Positions 34,026-47,738 are shown, counted from the first letter of the whole stretch. The stretch: DNA of 63,693 bases, filler included, from Babesia bigemina (GCF_000981445.1; 8 parts of 8 records of this genome joined end to end with filler, not necessarily neighbours in it); one strand, 5' to 3'. A program made the numbers and translations. The notes: generated by a model from the letters alone, not told the origin.

Positions 34026-34555
34026 TAACACGCCGGTAAAAAAGGTTTTAGTGTTGCGATTGTAAAGGTGGTCGAAGGGGTGGGGAGGTATAATAAGGCA
34101 GTTAAAAAGTCAAATGATCAAGTTAAAAACATCGTCACAGATCTACAAGGCTACACTGAAAATGGAGGTAAGTTACGTGTTTATCTTAATACTTTGCAGA
34201 ATCTGGAGAGCTCTTCACATGAAGATGTTAACAAGGCCAAGCAGCAAGTGGAAGAGAAGCTGCAAGAATCCCAACGGGAAGCGAGAAACTTCACTGACGC
34301 ATTAGATACAACAAATACTAAAAATCTTAATGTAGACGCCATTAATGATCTTAATGATAAAGTAAAACAGAAACTTGCTAACGTGCGTAGTACTGTGATG
34401 TATGAAAACGGGCGGTTGGAGGCGGTCAAGGCGCACGCAGAGGGGGAGTTGGCAGAGACGATAAAAAAAGTTGGTGAAGCGTTAAGGGCGTTGAAAGTAA
34501 GTGTAGATTGTAATATAAGTGAACAAGTGACATTGCTGGTTAATGATTTGAAAAC
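34026..34555 (+). pseudogene. ves1: Internal ves1 fragment duplicating ~3342-3871, cut off by an inverted junction
   Basis: Same sequence at offset 30684. Ends at GATTTGAAAAC|GCCGTGACC. Confidence 0.75.
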
Positions 34556-34780
34556 GCCGTGACCAAGACATCGCTGCCGTGACCACTGTCATCGCTGCCG
34601 TGACCATCAACTTGGTCAGCACATTGGTCAGCACCTTGGTCACCACATTGGTCAGCACATTGGTCAACACGTTGGTCAGCACATTGGTCTTGGCATTGGT
34701 CAGCACCTTGGTCAACACATTGGTCAACACGTTGGTCAACACCTTGGTCAACACTTTGGGCAGCACGTTGGTCAACACTT
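34556..34780 (-). repeat. 20-bp and 12-bp ves1 3'-flank repeats (minus strand)
   Basis: Reverse complement of the arrays at ~2182-2301. Confidence 0.85.
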
Positions 34781-34903
34781 TAGTTAACTATTACACAATC
34801 ACATACAACGATTAATGAGTGATTCAACAGATTAAAGCACAATTCATAAGTTAGGTGAGTAGGTGATGCTAGGTGAGTGTAGATAGTAAACACGTGAGTA
34901 CGA

Positions 34904-37900
34904 TTATGGTTGCAGATAAAACACCCTGTTAAGCTTGTTAACACGTCCAGCAGCGAGCAGTGATTGGGCAGCTATGCGATGTGATGAGGGACTATGTAGA
35001 TGCGATTTGATGTGGAGGAGGTCGAGGCGGATGACCATGATGTGGAGGAGGTACAGGAAGGAGAAAAGCCAGAGGGCAAGGACAAGGTAGGAGAATGGTT
35101 CACGGATCTTCCACAGGAAGTTGTCACACTCTTCGAACAATCTCTCGAAATATTTCGAATGCAACACATTCTTCAACTGACTACAGAAATCGGAACACGT
35201 CTTCGGCGATGCCTTGTCATTCAGCGTCGACGCTTCACCAAAGACGAAACCATACTGGTAGAGCGTTGGTGCGACGCCCTTGCAGTCAACGATGGATCTG
35301 CATTGACAAATGGCAGATGGCTTATCTTCATCAACAACACCATGCCCCCCCTTCTTGCACTTGTCACCGCGGAGACATCCACGGCATCCCCAGTCCTGGC
35401 AGTTGATGGAGCAGAAGGCGTTGTAGAGATTGTTGAGCAGATCCCAGAATGTCCACGGGAGGTAGATGGCCCAGGAGAGGTATGTGTTGGATTGCTTCTT
35501 TGCAAGGTGATGATATGTATCGATGCATAGGGATGAGAGATAAGGAGCGCAGTTGACATCCTTAACCGAACATGGTTTAGCTACCGCAAGACTTGACAAG
35601 TCAGCGTATACAGATAGATGTGGCTTATTGAGATGAGGAATATGCTTACTACCATATGCGTCACGCAGTTTGTCGGTGAGCGTGCTGGGTGGCTCATATA
35701 GATTAATAGACCGGTCGGCGATGGATGCTTCAATGGACTGCTTAATGCTATGATTTCGTGTATCTGTCACATCACTCCACCCTTTTACAAAGGATAATGC
35801 AAAACCGAAGTGTTCCGGTAACGTAGATGGAGTTTTAGCTTGCAAGCTGAATAGGACCTTAAGGTTGCCGTTGTCAAAGAATTTGCCTAGCACGTCACTT
35901 ATGTCTCTGCCTTCACGCTTGGTCCCGGAGAAACACCTGAATCCAAGTGGCGTGATACACGGCATCCCGGGCGTGGATTTCGGGCAGGTTGAACATTTGG
36001 CTTTGCAACCAATGCCAGTCAGGGCGTGAGGTAAATGACCCGGAAGGCAATCGTTTAGGTAGCTCATTAGTGGCGATTTTGGTTGGCACGTAGGTTGGCA
36101 CGTTGTTTGACAATTTGCATGGCACGTTGCTTCACTGCTTGAGTGTCCGCTACATGGCCATTTGGTTGTATGGACATCCTTGCCATAACGGCAACCAGCC
36201 CAGCCGAATTCGTTTGCGGCAATGCCACATTGCGTTTGCAAGTATTTGAGTGGTGGGAACAATCTACGCAAAATGTTGAGGAACATGTCAAGGCATTCCT
36301 CACCCGAAGAGGGGTAGTACAACTTGAGTGAGTTGGTGGAGTAATCGACAGCGTACATGGTGTTCTCGTCACCGGTGCCAAGGATTCGACACAATACGTC
36401 GTGCGATTTAGCACAGATATGATCGACGAGATTGCAGGTGTTCTCGTAAGTAAGTCGGTTTGGATACGCGTCGATGTGCACGTGTTCCGTCCGATCCACT
36501 GTGAACTCAATGTCACCGTCGACCTCTTTTTCCTGCCGCTTTGGGTCTACAAACATATCACTTAGACCGTGTAGTAACAACTCATTATATGCCTTATTGT
36601 GCGGAAGCCCGGTAAGCCAGCATAGCATTTCGTAGACGGAACATGGTCTTTTGGAGGATGAAGTGGACAGGTGGCAAACATCGTAATAATCGGGAAGGTA
36701 GTCGTAAATGTATTGTAATGCGTGTTTGATATTGGATTTGGAGTTATAAACTTCAGTGTATCCCTCGCCGACAAGGAACCCGCGTACATCTGAACCCATG
36801 CAGTCAGGCTTATTACGTAGCTCACCGTCCTGCTTGGATTCGAGAGTAGCAACGCCGTAGCCGCATTTATGGAGGAATGTGCCGAGACTGCTTGAGGCAT
36901 AGATCTGTTTAGGCGACCACTTCTCAGTACATTGCTCTCTCAAATAGCTGAGGTCCTCATTTAGAAATTCGAGTGCACTGAGGAAGGCTTTGGCGCAGAA
37001 TGTAGTTTCAGGATTGCCCTCCTCCCACTTAATCGTCTGACCAGAGTACGTGTTAATATACACTTTCTGAAGCTCCGTAACTATGCCGAAGAATCCCTCC
37101 TTTAATGCTTGTAGGATTGGACTGGAAGTGTCACCGAATTTCGTAGGAGTGAAGTCATTCAATGCCGTTTGTAGTCTCTGCAGATGTTTAATAACCTCAT
37201 AGTCAAAATGATGTGAACCCGTAAGGTATGAAAAAGTGTCCTCCAAAGCCCGTGACACTGAGATAACTGTCTGTAGTAGAGGGGGGAAAGTGTCTTGAAT
37301 CTGGTCATCATTATGATTTGATGTCTCAATTTTGGCAAGCACATTCCCAAACATATCGGTCTGTTTCATAACTGCGCCCACGAACTCCTCGAAACCGCTC
37401 TGTACCTTTTCAGCTGCGGTGCTCAGTGGCATTGATTGGGGAGTAGACTTAATATTAATTTCTTTGATTGGCTTAATTTTATCAATAAACTTCTCGTAAA
37501 AGTTTCCCATCAACCCCTTGAACCCGATCGTCAGATCCGCATCAATCTCCCCCGGCAACCCCGCCAACTCCTTTTCGACCTTGTCCGCGAACGCGGTGAG
37601 GAGCGATTTCACGGAGGTGACGTAGTTGCGGCGGGCGGCGGTGGTGAGGAGATCTTTAGCGATGTTGACTTGGGAGTAGACATAATCTATGAGGTTTCGT
37701 ATGGTTTGATCTTTTTCTGCGTCAGCGTAGGATTCGATGAAATAGTCGGCCAATGCAATGGGACCGCTCTCCAGGTTGTTCTTAAGAGTGGTGAAATTTC
37801 CTATTATTTTCTCGAGGCCTTTGACGGAGGAGTGGGCAGTCATTCCATCAGCCGAAACCTTGACAGGATCACTTTCCTTAAGCATCTTCTCCAAATCCAA

Positions 37901-40374
37901 CAGGTAGGCATTCACTGTAGTATTGACGCTGTCCTTTTTAACAAGCTTTTCAACGGCTTCGGTGAATTTGTCCAGGCTGGAGTCGACGGCGGTGCGCAGA
38001 GTGGAGAAGGTTTTGTTGTGGATTTGTGTATCACCTCCGTTCTTTTCTTCTACGACATCTTTCAACGTCTCAGCAACCACCTGATCGTTAATCCCTTTGA
38101 TGGCGTGTGGGAGTTTGTTTGCGTCAAGAATGGCATTAAGGTTAGTGGTCTGAAGAGCAGTCAGTTTACTCTGATCAACGTGCTTTGTGTAACGCGTAAA
38201 ACTAGATGTGGCCTGACTTAAGTCAACCGATGAAACACTATTACCCGGCAACTGCTGCCTAGCCACAGCGTTGACATTATTTATAGATTTATCGACGTCG
38301 ACGGCAACTGTATTATTACCGGAGCCAATGCCAAGAGCTTTTTTTACGTTGTCTTCCAGCGTCTCGGCTGCACTTGTAGCTATACTCAACTGAGCAATCT
38401 TGGAGTCTATTATGAATTGATCGAATTCATTCTCCGCACCCTTAACCGCTTTCTGTAGCGCGGTAAGAATGGTTTTGACGACCCTACTAATAAAATAGTC
38501 GCCTGTAATCTCCGGTCTATTTTGGCTGTGTTCAAACTGTTTGGCGTAGGATTGTAAAAATGCGTTCGCTCTTTGTAAATGCTCATCAATCTGCTTGCCG
38601 TAATTGCATAAATATTCTTTAATATCAGACAAATTTGCTTCAACATTTGGTTTCGTTCCCAGGTTTGATGAAGAAGCATTAATGGCTTCGATTGGACTTA
38701 TAATCCGCTGCTGGATTATGCGTTTCACTTCTTCATCAACTCTTATCATGTTACCTCTGCCAAGTTTTGCTTTAACTGATTTTATGAGTCTCTCCTGTAT
38801 ACCCTCACATTCCACCAACTGTTGAACCATGCTCTGAATGGATGCTTTAAATCTATTCTGAAACGTTTTTGCATATTCTCTTACTTGGAAGATAATTCCC
38901 ATGAGACCTGTTTTAGGGTTCTCTCTTCCACCCACACTTCCCGTAATTTCTTTAAGTTTTGTTCTGAAATATTCGACTATGTTTTTAATTTCTTGATTTT
39001 CATTTCCTTCTCCTGATTCTCCAGTCGTAATACCTGCATACAGCTTCCCAATTGCTTGCTTAACTTTATCAACCTCACCGGTAATCGCCTCCCTCACCTT
39101 CGACAAATCCTGCTTCAGGTCATCATTCATTTGGTGCACAGCTTTCAAGGCTTCTTGTACTTTCTGCTCAACCTGCTGCTTAGCATCGTACGCTTTGGTC
39201 CTAAGCTCTTCCGCCTTCTCTTGCAATGCTTTTGCCGCTTTTTTCACCGCTCCTTTATCCCCGGAATTTTGTTGATAATCCCTCCCGTTCAACTTCGAAA
39301 CAATCTCATCACACTGCGACTTCGCCTTCGTAACGGCTGTGTCGCCTGCTGACTTCCACGCAGTCAAATGTCCGATGTATTCCCCGAGATTGTCTCTAAT
39401 TGGTTCAAGGTTATTTTTCATTTCCGTAACCTTCTCTTTCAATTTCTTAACTAGTTCATCTACCTGGTATTTTACCTCACCGTTAACTGATAATTTCAGA
39501 CTCTCCATCGTTGCTCTCACCGTTCTCTTCATGTATTTATAGTCATCCCACTCCTTCTGCGCCAACTGCTCAAGTCGCTGTGTTTCATGTTTGACTGCCT
39601 TCGTGGCTACAAGTACATCATTACGTAACTTAGAGTTAAGATCATTAACAGCAGTTTGCATGTCTAATCTTTGTTCTAGGTCGAATGCTTCGTTGAATCT
39701 ATCGGCATTATATTGACAGTCACGAAGATACTGCCTAATATTTATCACAGCGTATTCCACGTGCTCCTCACTGTACGTCACAGCCTGCACGGATTTCTTG
39801 GTTGTACCTGAAACAGCATCATTTTCTAAAACTTTACTTACCTTATCATTCATGGTATTTAACTGCATCTCTAAATTGTTTATCTTGGCTGTGATATCAT
39901 CATTCTGTTTTTTCACGTCCCTGTTATACTTCTCGATTTCCTTGGGCAACTTTTCGAAAAGCCTTTTAAAGCCCTCGTGCCCTGAGCAAAGATGATTGTT
40001 AATTTCATTACTTACCAAGTTTTGTAATGTATTTTTACCGACATTGTATGTCTGAGTGTTTTTCACCGCACCAAGCACTCCACTCAAAAATCCCATCACC
40101 CCGTCACACAGCCTGTCCAGGTCAGAGTACACAATGCCACTGCCATCGTAGCCTTTGGAAGCAGAGTTGAAGCCGAGGAAAGTCTCGAGGCCGGAACAGA
40201 GGTTATTAAGGATGTTAGTAGCATTGTTATTTGAGGTATTTTCAGGGTTTTAATTTTGTCAAATTTCCTGTCAAGCTCCCTAGGCGGCACATGGTCTGGG
40301 CAGTGGCAAGAGGTGGAAGAGGGGAAGGGAAGGGTGACAAGGCACAAGTTATTAGGATGGTTTAAAGAGGTCAT
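34904..40374 (-). pseudogene. ves1: 5'-truncated ves1 cassette; open from ~40250 to the stop at 34904, leader ATG 40374 one base out of frame
   Basis: About 4.15 kb identical to 17045-21195 with a different C-terminal ~340 aa. The leader MTSLNHPNNLCLVTLPFPSSTSCHCPDHVPPRELD matches that of the 2967 cassette. Frameshift in an A-run near 40250. Confidence 0.8.
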
Positions 40375-40401
40375 AGCGGTATTATGGCGAGGTAATTCGG
40401 A

Positions 40402-41463
40402 GGATGTAGAGTGGATAAGGAGCGATGTAGAGTGGATAAGGGAGCGATGTAGAGAGGATTAGGGAGCGTTTTAGAGTGGGTAAAGGGGCGATGTAGAGTG
40501 AGTTAGGGAGCGATGTAGAGTGGGTTAAGGAGCGATGTAGAGTGGACAAGGGAGCGATGTAGGGTGGGTTAAGGGGCGATGTAGAGTGGATTAAGGGGCG
40601 ATGTAGAGTGGGTTAAGGAGCGATGTAGAGTGGGTTAAGGGGCGATGTGAGGTGGATAAGGGAGCGATGTAGAGTGGATAAAGGGGCGATGTAGAGTGGA
40701 TAAGGGAGCGATGTAGAGTGGATAAAGGGGCGATGTAGAGTGGATAAGGGAGCGATGTAGAGTGGATAAAGGGGCGATGTAGAGTGGATAAAGGGGTGAT
40801 GTAGAGTGGATAAAGGAGCGATGTAGAGTGGGTAAAGGAGCGATGTAGAGTGGATAAGGAGCGATGTAGAGTGGGTTAAGGGACGATGTGGAGTGGGTTA
40901 GGGAGCGATGTGGAGTGGATAAGGGGCGATGTAGAGTGGATTAGGGAGCGATGTGGAGTGGATTAGGGAGCGATGTAGAGTGGGTAAAGGAGCGATGTAG
41001 AGTGGATTAAGGGGCGATGTAGAGTGGATAAAGGGGCGATGTAGAGTGGGTCAGGGAGCGATGTAGAGTGGATAAAGGGGCGATGTAGAGTGGGTTAGAG
41101 AGCGATGTGGAGTGGGTCAGGGAGCGATGTGGAGTGGGTAAAGGAGCGATGTGGAGTGGGTAAAGGGGCGATGTAGAGTGGGTTAAGGAGCGATGTAGGG
41201 TGGATAAAGGGGCGATGTAGAGTGGGTTAGGGAGCGATGAGGAGTGGGTTAGGGAGCGATGTAGAGTGGGTGAAGGAGCCATGTAGAGTGGGTAAAGGAG
41301 CGATGTAGAGTGGATAAGGGAGCGATGTAGAGTGGGTAAAGGGGCGATGTAGAGTGGACAAAGGGGCGATGTAGAGTGGGTTAGGGAGCGATGTAAGGTG
41401 GATAAAGGGGCGATGTAGAGTGGATAAAAAGGCGATGTAGAGTGGGTTAGGGAGCGATGTGGA
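40402..41463 (-). repeat. 22-bp tandem array (G-rich on plus strand) upstream of the minus-strand cassette
   Basis: GCGATGTAGAGTGG(G/A)T(T/A)A(G/A)GG units. Confidence 0.92.
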
Positions 41464-41563
41464 NNNNNNNNNNNNNNNNNNNNNNNNNNNNNNNNNNNNN
41501 NNNNNNNTTAATTAATTAANNNNNNNNNNNNNNNNNNNNNNNNNNNNNNNNNNNNNNNNNNNN
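41464..41563. other. Artificial contig linker
   Basis: 44N-TTAATTAATTAA-44N. Confidence 0.97.
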
Positions 41564-41574
41564 CTTGATTCGTT

Positions 41575-42371
41575 AACCCTAAACCCTAAACCCTAAACCC
41601 TAAACCCTAAAAACCCTATAACGGTAAAGCCTAAACCCTAAAAACCCTAAACGCTAAAACCCTAAAACCCTAGAACCCTAAACCCTAAAACCCTAAAAAC
41701 CCTGGAGCCCTAGAGCCTAAAACCCTAGAACCCTAGACCCTAAAAACCCTAAAGCCTAAAACCCTAAACCCTGGAAGCCTGAAAACCCTAGAACCCTAAA
41801 CCCTAAAACCCTAAAAACCCTAAAACCCTAAACCCTAAAAACCCTAAAAACCCTAGAACCCTAAAACCCTAAAAACCCTAAAACCCTAAACCTGGAAACC
41901 CTAAAACCCTAAAACCCTAAGCCCTAAAAACCCTAAAACCCAAAACCCTAAACCCTAAAACCCTAAAACCCTAAAACCCTAAACCCTAAACCCTAAAACC
42001 CTAAAACCCTAAAAACCCTAAAAACCCTAAAACCCTAAAAACCCCTAAAAACCCTAAACCCTAAAAAACCCTAAAACCCTAAACCCTAAACCCTAAAAAC
42101 CCTAAAACCCTAAACCCTAAACCCTAAAACCCTAAAACCCTAAACCCTAAACCCTAAACCCTAAAAACCCTAAAACCCTAAAACCCTAAAACCCTAAAAC
42201 CCTAAAACCCTAAACCCTAAAACCCTAAACCCTAAACCCTAAAAACCCTAAACCCTAAACCCTAAAACCCTAAAACCCTAAAACCCTAAAAACCCTAAAC
42301 CCTTAAACCCTAAAACCCTAAAAACCTAAAACCCTAAAAACCTAAGAACCTAAGAAACCTAAAAACCTAAG
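41575..42371 (+). repeat. Telomeric repeat tract CCCTA(3-5), left chromosome end
   Basis: About 800 bp of CCCTAAA/CCCTAAAA/CCCTAGAA variants at a contig start, C-strand on plus. Confidence 0.93.
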
Positions 42372-42410
42372 CCCAGTGACCTGGCCTCCTAACCCTAGAA
42401 TTCTAGGACC

Positions 42411-45400
42411 TCAGCTACTCATCTTCCTGTTTCTGGCCTTAGATAAGCCTTGATTCTAATTTGCCTTGTTATTGCTACTCATCTTATCTTATTCAGCTAC
42501 TCATCTTATCTTATTCAGCTACTCATCTTATCTTATTCAGCTACTCATCTTCCTGTTTCTGGCCTTAGATAAGCCTTGATTCTAATTTGCCTTCTTATTG
42601 CTACTCATCTTATCTTCAGCTACTCATCTTATCTTATTCAGCTACTCATCTTATCTTATTCAGCTACTCATCTCATCTTATTCAGCTACTCATCTTATCT
42701 TATTCAGCTACTCATCTTATCTTATTCAGCTACTCATCTTATCTTATTCAGCTACTCATCTTATCTTATTCAGCTACTCATCTTATCTTATTCAGCTACT
42801 CATCTTATCTTATTCAGCTACTCATCTTATCTTATTCAGCTACTCATCTTATCTTATTCAGCTACTCATCTTATCTTATTCAGCTACTCATCTTATCTTA
42901 TTCAGCTACTCATCTTATCTTATTCAGCTACTCATCTTCCTGTTTCTGGCCTTAGATAAGCCTTGATTCTAATTTGCCTTGTTATTGCTACTCATCTTAT
43001 CTTATTCAGCTACTCATCTTATCTTATTCAGCTACTCATCTTATCTTATTCAGCTACTCATCTTATCTTATTCAGCTACTCATCTTATCTTATTCAGCTA
43101 CTCATCTTATCTTATTCAGCTACTCATCTTATCTTATTCAGCTACTCATCTTATCTTATTCAGCTACTCATCTTATCTTATTCAGCTACTCATCTTATTC
43201 AGATACAGCTACTCATCTTATTCAGCTACTCATCTTATCTTATTCAGCTACTCATCTTATCTTATTCAGCTACTCATCTTATCTTATTCAGCTACTCATC
43301 TTATCTTATTCAGCTACTCATCTTATCTTATTCAGCTACTCATCTTATCTTATTCAGCTACTCATCTTATCTTATTCAGCTACTCATCTTCCTGTTTCTG
43401 GCCTCACTTCGCTCGGCCTTAGATAAGCCTTGATTCTAATTTGCCTTGTTATTGCTACTCATCTTATCTTATTCAGCTACTCATCTTATCTTATTCAGCT
43501 ACTCATCTTATCTTATTCAGCTACTCATCTTCCTGTTTCTGGCCTCACTTCGCTCGGCCTTAGATAAGCCTTGATTCTAATTTGCCTTGTTATTGCTACT
43601 CATCTTATCTTATTCAGCTACTCATCTTATCTTATTCAGCTACTCATCTTATCTTATTCAGCTACTCATCTTCCTGTTTCTGGCCTTAGATAAGCCTTGA
43701 TTCTAATTTGCCTTCTTATTGCTACTCATCTTATTCAGCTACTCATCTTATCTTATTCAGCTACTCATCTTATCTTATTCAGCTACTCATCTTATCTTAT
43801 TCAGCTACTCATCTTATCTTATTCAGCTACTCATCTTCCTGTTTCTGGCCTTAGATAAGCCTTGATTCTAATTTGCCTTGTTATTGCTACTCATCTTATT
43901 CAGCTACTCATCTTATCTTATTCAGCTACTCATCTTATCTTATTCAGCTACTCATCTTATCTTATTCAGCTACTCATCTTATTCAGCTACTCATCTTATC
44001 TTATTCAGCTACTCATCTTATCTTATTCAGCTACTCATCTTATCCTACTCCGCTTCTCATCTTATCCTACTCCGCTTCTCATCTTATCCAACTCCTCTTC
44101 TCATCTTATTCTGCTACGCTTCTTATCTTATTCAGCTACTCATCTCATCTTATTCAACTACTCTTCTTATCTCATCAGCTACTCATCTTATCTTATTCAG
44201 CTACTCATCTTATCTTATTCAGCTACTCATCTTATCTGATTCAGCTACTCATCTTATCTAATTCAGCTACTCATCTTATCCTATTCAGCTACTCATCTTA
44301 TCTTATTCAGCTACTCATCTTATCTTATTCAGCTACTCATCTTATCTTATTCAGCTACTCATCTTATCTTATTCAGCTACTCATCTTCCTGTTTCTGGCC
44401 TCACTTCGCTCGGCCTTAGATAAGCCTTGATTCTAATTTGCCTTGTTATTGCTACTCATCTTATCTTATTCAGCTACTCATCTTATCTTATTCAGCTACT
44501 CATCTTATCTTATTCAGCTACTCATCTTATCTTATTCAGCTACTCATCTTATCTTATTCAGCTACTCATCTCATCTTATTCAGCTACTCATCTTATCTTA
44601 TTCAGCTACTCATCTTCCTGTTTCTGGCCTTAGATAAGCCTTGATTCTAATTTGTCTTGTTATTGCTACTCATCTTATTCAGCTACTCATCTTATCTTAT
44701 TCAGCTACTCATCTTATCTTATTCAGCTACTCATCTTATCTTATTCAGCTACTCATCTTATCTTATTCAGCTACTCATCTTATCTTATTCAGCTACTCAT
44801 CTTATCTTATTCAGCTACTCATCTTATCTTATTCAGCTACTCATCTTCCTGTTTCTGGCCTTAGATAAGCCTTGATTCTAATTTGCCTTGTTATTGCTAC
44901 TCATCTTATTCAGCTACTCATCTTATCTTATTCAGCTACTCATCTTATCTTATTCAGCTACTCATCTTATCTCATTCAGCTACTCATCTTATCTTATTCA
45001 GCTACTCATCTTATCTTATTCAGCTACTCATCTTATCTTATTCAGCTACTCATCTTATCTTATTCAGCTACTCATCTTATTCAGCTACTCATCTTATCTT
45101 ATTCAGCTACTCATCTTATCTTATTCAGCTACTCATCTTATCTTATTCAGCTACTCATCTTATCTTATTCAGCTACTCATCTTATCTTATTCAGCTACTC
45201 ATCTTATCTTATTCAGCTACTCATCTTATCTTATTCAGCTACTCATCTTCTCTTTTTCAGCTACTCAGCTCATCTTATTCAGCTACTCATCTTATCTTAT
45301 TCAGCTACTCATCTTATCTTATTCAGCTACTCATCTTATCTTATTCAGCTACTCATCTTATCTTATTCAGCTACTCATCTTATCTTATTCAGCTACTCAT

Positions 45401-46048
45401 CTTATCTTATTCAGCTACTCATCTTATCTTATTCAGCTACTCATCTTCCTGTTTCTGGCCTTAGATAAGCCTTGATTCTAATTTGCCTTGTTATTGCTAC
45501 TCATCTTATTCAGCTACTCATCTTATCTTATTCAGCTACTCATCTTATCTTATTCAGCTACTCATCTTATCTTATTCAGCTACTCATCTTATCTTATTCA
45601 GCTACTCATCTTATCTTATTCAGCTACTCATCTTATTCAGCTACTCATCTTATCTTATTCAGCTACTCATCTTATCTTATTCAGCTACTCATCTTATCTT
45701 ATTCAGCTACTCATCTTCCTGTTTCTGGCCTCACTTCGCTCGGCCTTAGATAAGCCTTGATTCTAATTTGCCTTGTTATTGCTACTCATCTTATCTTATT
45801 CAGCTACTCATCTTATCTTATTCAGCTACTCATCTTATCTTATTCAGCTACTCATCTTCCTGTTTCTGGCCTCACTTCGCTCGGCCTTAGATAAGCCTTG
45901 ATTCTAATTTGCCTTGTTATTGCTACTCATCTTATCTTATTCAGCTACTCATCTTATCTTATTCAGCTACTCATCTTATCTTATTCAGCTACTCATCTTC
46001 CTGTTTCTGGCCTTAGATAAGCCTTGATTCTAATTTGCCTTGTTATTG
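42411..46048 (+). repeat. Telomere-associated satellite (22-bp runs plus ~49-bp spacer; 17-bp and +14-bp variants)
   Basis: Begins ~40 bp after the telomere tract. Confidence 0.92.
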
Positions 46049-47738
46049 TAATCTCACTACGCACTTACAATCTCTATGTGCCACCTAACTCGGCGAACAA
46101 TCCGCCTACAAGTCCACTACCTTAATCACCAAGCCCTTTTCCACCCTCATGACTCCCCGCTGCCTGAGTGTGACGGATGGACTGGCAGCGCAACCACGCA
46201 CCTTTGCCCGCCGCTACCAACGCTATGACTGCGCTACCCGTGTGCCTAATCAACGCTACTGTCACGCTACTCAGTGTCTCTATTTCGGCGCTTCACCGCC
46301 ACGCCTCGCCACCTGCCGGCAGTCACCGACGTGACCAACACAAATGCCAAGCACTCAACAAATCACTGCACAGCACATTAACCAACACTTTTACCAACAC
46401 AATGAGCAACTACATAACCAACCAATCAACCAAACCACAAACCAAACACCTCACCAAAGCGCTACCAAAAAGGCCCACCAATGCACTAACCACGGTGCCA
46501 GGCAACGCTCTGACCAAGCCACACTCCACACGACATGAAGCAAGCAGTCAAATCTACTTAAGCAACGCACATGATACACATAAACACGCATCGACGTCCT
46601 CTCCGCATTAAATTAATATGCCTGATGTTAATTGCGATCTTGACCACGAAAGGGGATGGCCGGAATGTCACACCTCATTCCGCCTCCCTACTGAATTGAG
46701 TTACTGGCACTAATAGTAATCATAATAATACATTACTCGACGCGTTCATCAGCGGCCGACATGCTCTCCCCTGCCTCATCAAGAGACACGCCGCCAAGCT
46801 GATATCACAAGTGCTCGTCAGCACAGTCGAGACACGGCTCCTCAGCTCCGTCGGTCTGCAAACATATTAGTTGATGGCATACATATAATATGAATCTACG
46901 CAACAAAAGAAACACATAAAACACGCATCAAAAGAAACGCACAGTCATGTAAGCGGCAATCAACAAAACAGCTGGATCAGACAACTAACCTACGCCCACC
47001 TAGACACGAACAGAGTTGGAGCGCACTTGACAAACGTCCAGATAGACAGCGGAACGTCTACAAAGTCAAAACAATAGGAAAATAGTAATTAATCAAATTT
47101 TTTACCAGACGGTAGCCGGCCATCCAACTCGCCGGAGCCAGGTTCTCCACGCCTGAACACCGCAACTTGGACTCGCCAAGGCTCGGCCGACCGTCCGGGA
47201 GAATGCTGGCGAAACATTCTGAACGGCCAACATGCAGAAAGTGGACACCGTTTTGCAGCATGTTTGTGCATGTGCATGTAAATGTAAACATGCATCTAGA
47301 CAGCATGCGCACCGGGTGCACTAATCAACTACGCTACTTTAATGAGCTATTTGCGATGTTAAGACAGTTACGTAACGCGATAATCGCGATGCCAATGATA
47401 GTTGGTATAATGATCTGTAGATGCGTATGTGTTATGCACGAGTCGCGACCGCGGTCGCTCCTTTCTCTAGACAATTTCATGCTCATTGAAAGTGCATGCA
47501 TCATCGATACGGTATTTGCCGGATGCGCTGTAATGGGGAGCAGTTGAAGGCAATTTTAAGCGGAAAACATTCAAGCAATTACCCCCGCATGCTGGCGGTA
47601 CAAGGGAACAAATAACGACGGTGAGCTATGTAAATACCCACATGCGCAACAAGCATCTTTCGCAGGAATAGCGATCATCAATCATGCGTTCATCGGCACT
47701 CTGCACTGTAATCACCTCATGACACTCCACATGCCAAG

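Noticed and set aside
34904..40132. Large inverted repeat with 16991-21195 as an invertible or hairpin structure
   Set aside because: The two copies are on different contigs whose relative orientation is arbitrary.
41564..42371. Interstitial telomere or chromosome fusion in mid-window
   Set aside because: The tract starts a new contig right after a linker, so it is a normal chromosome end.
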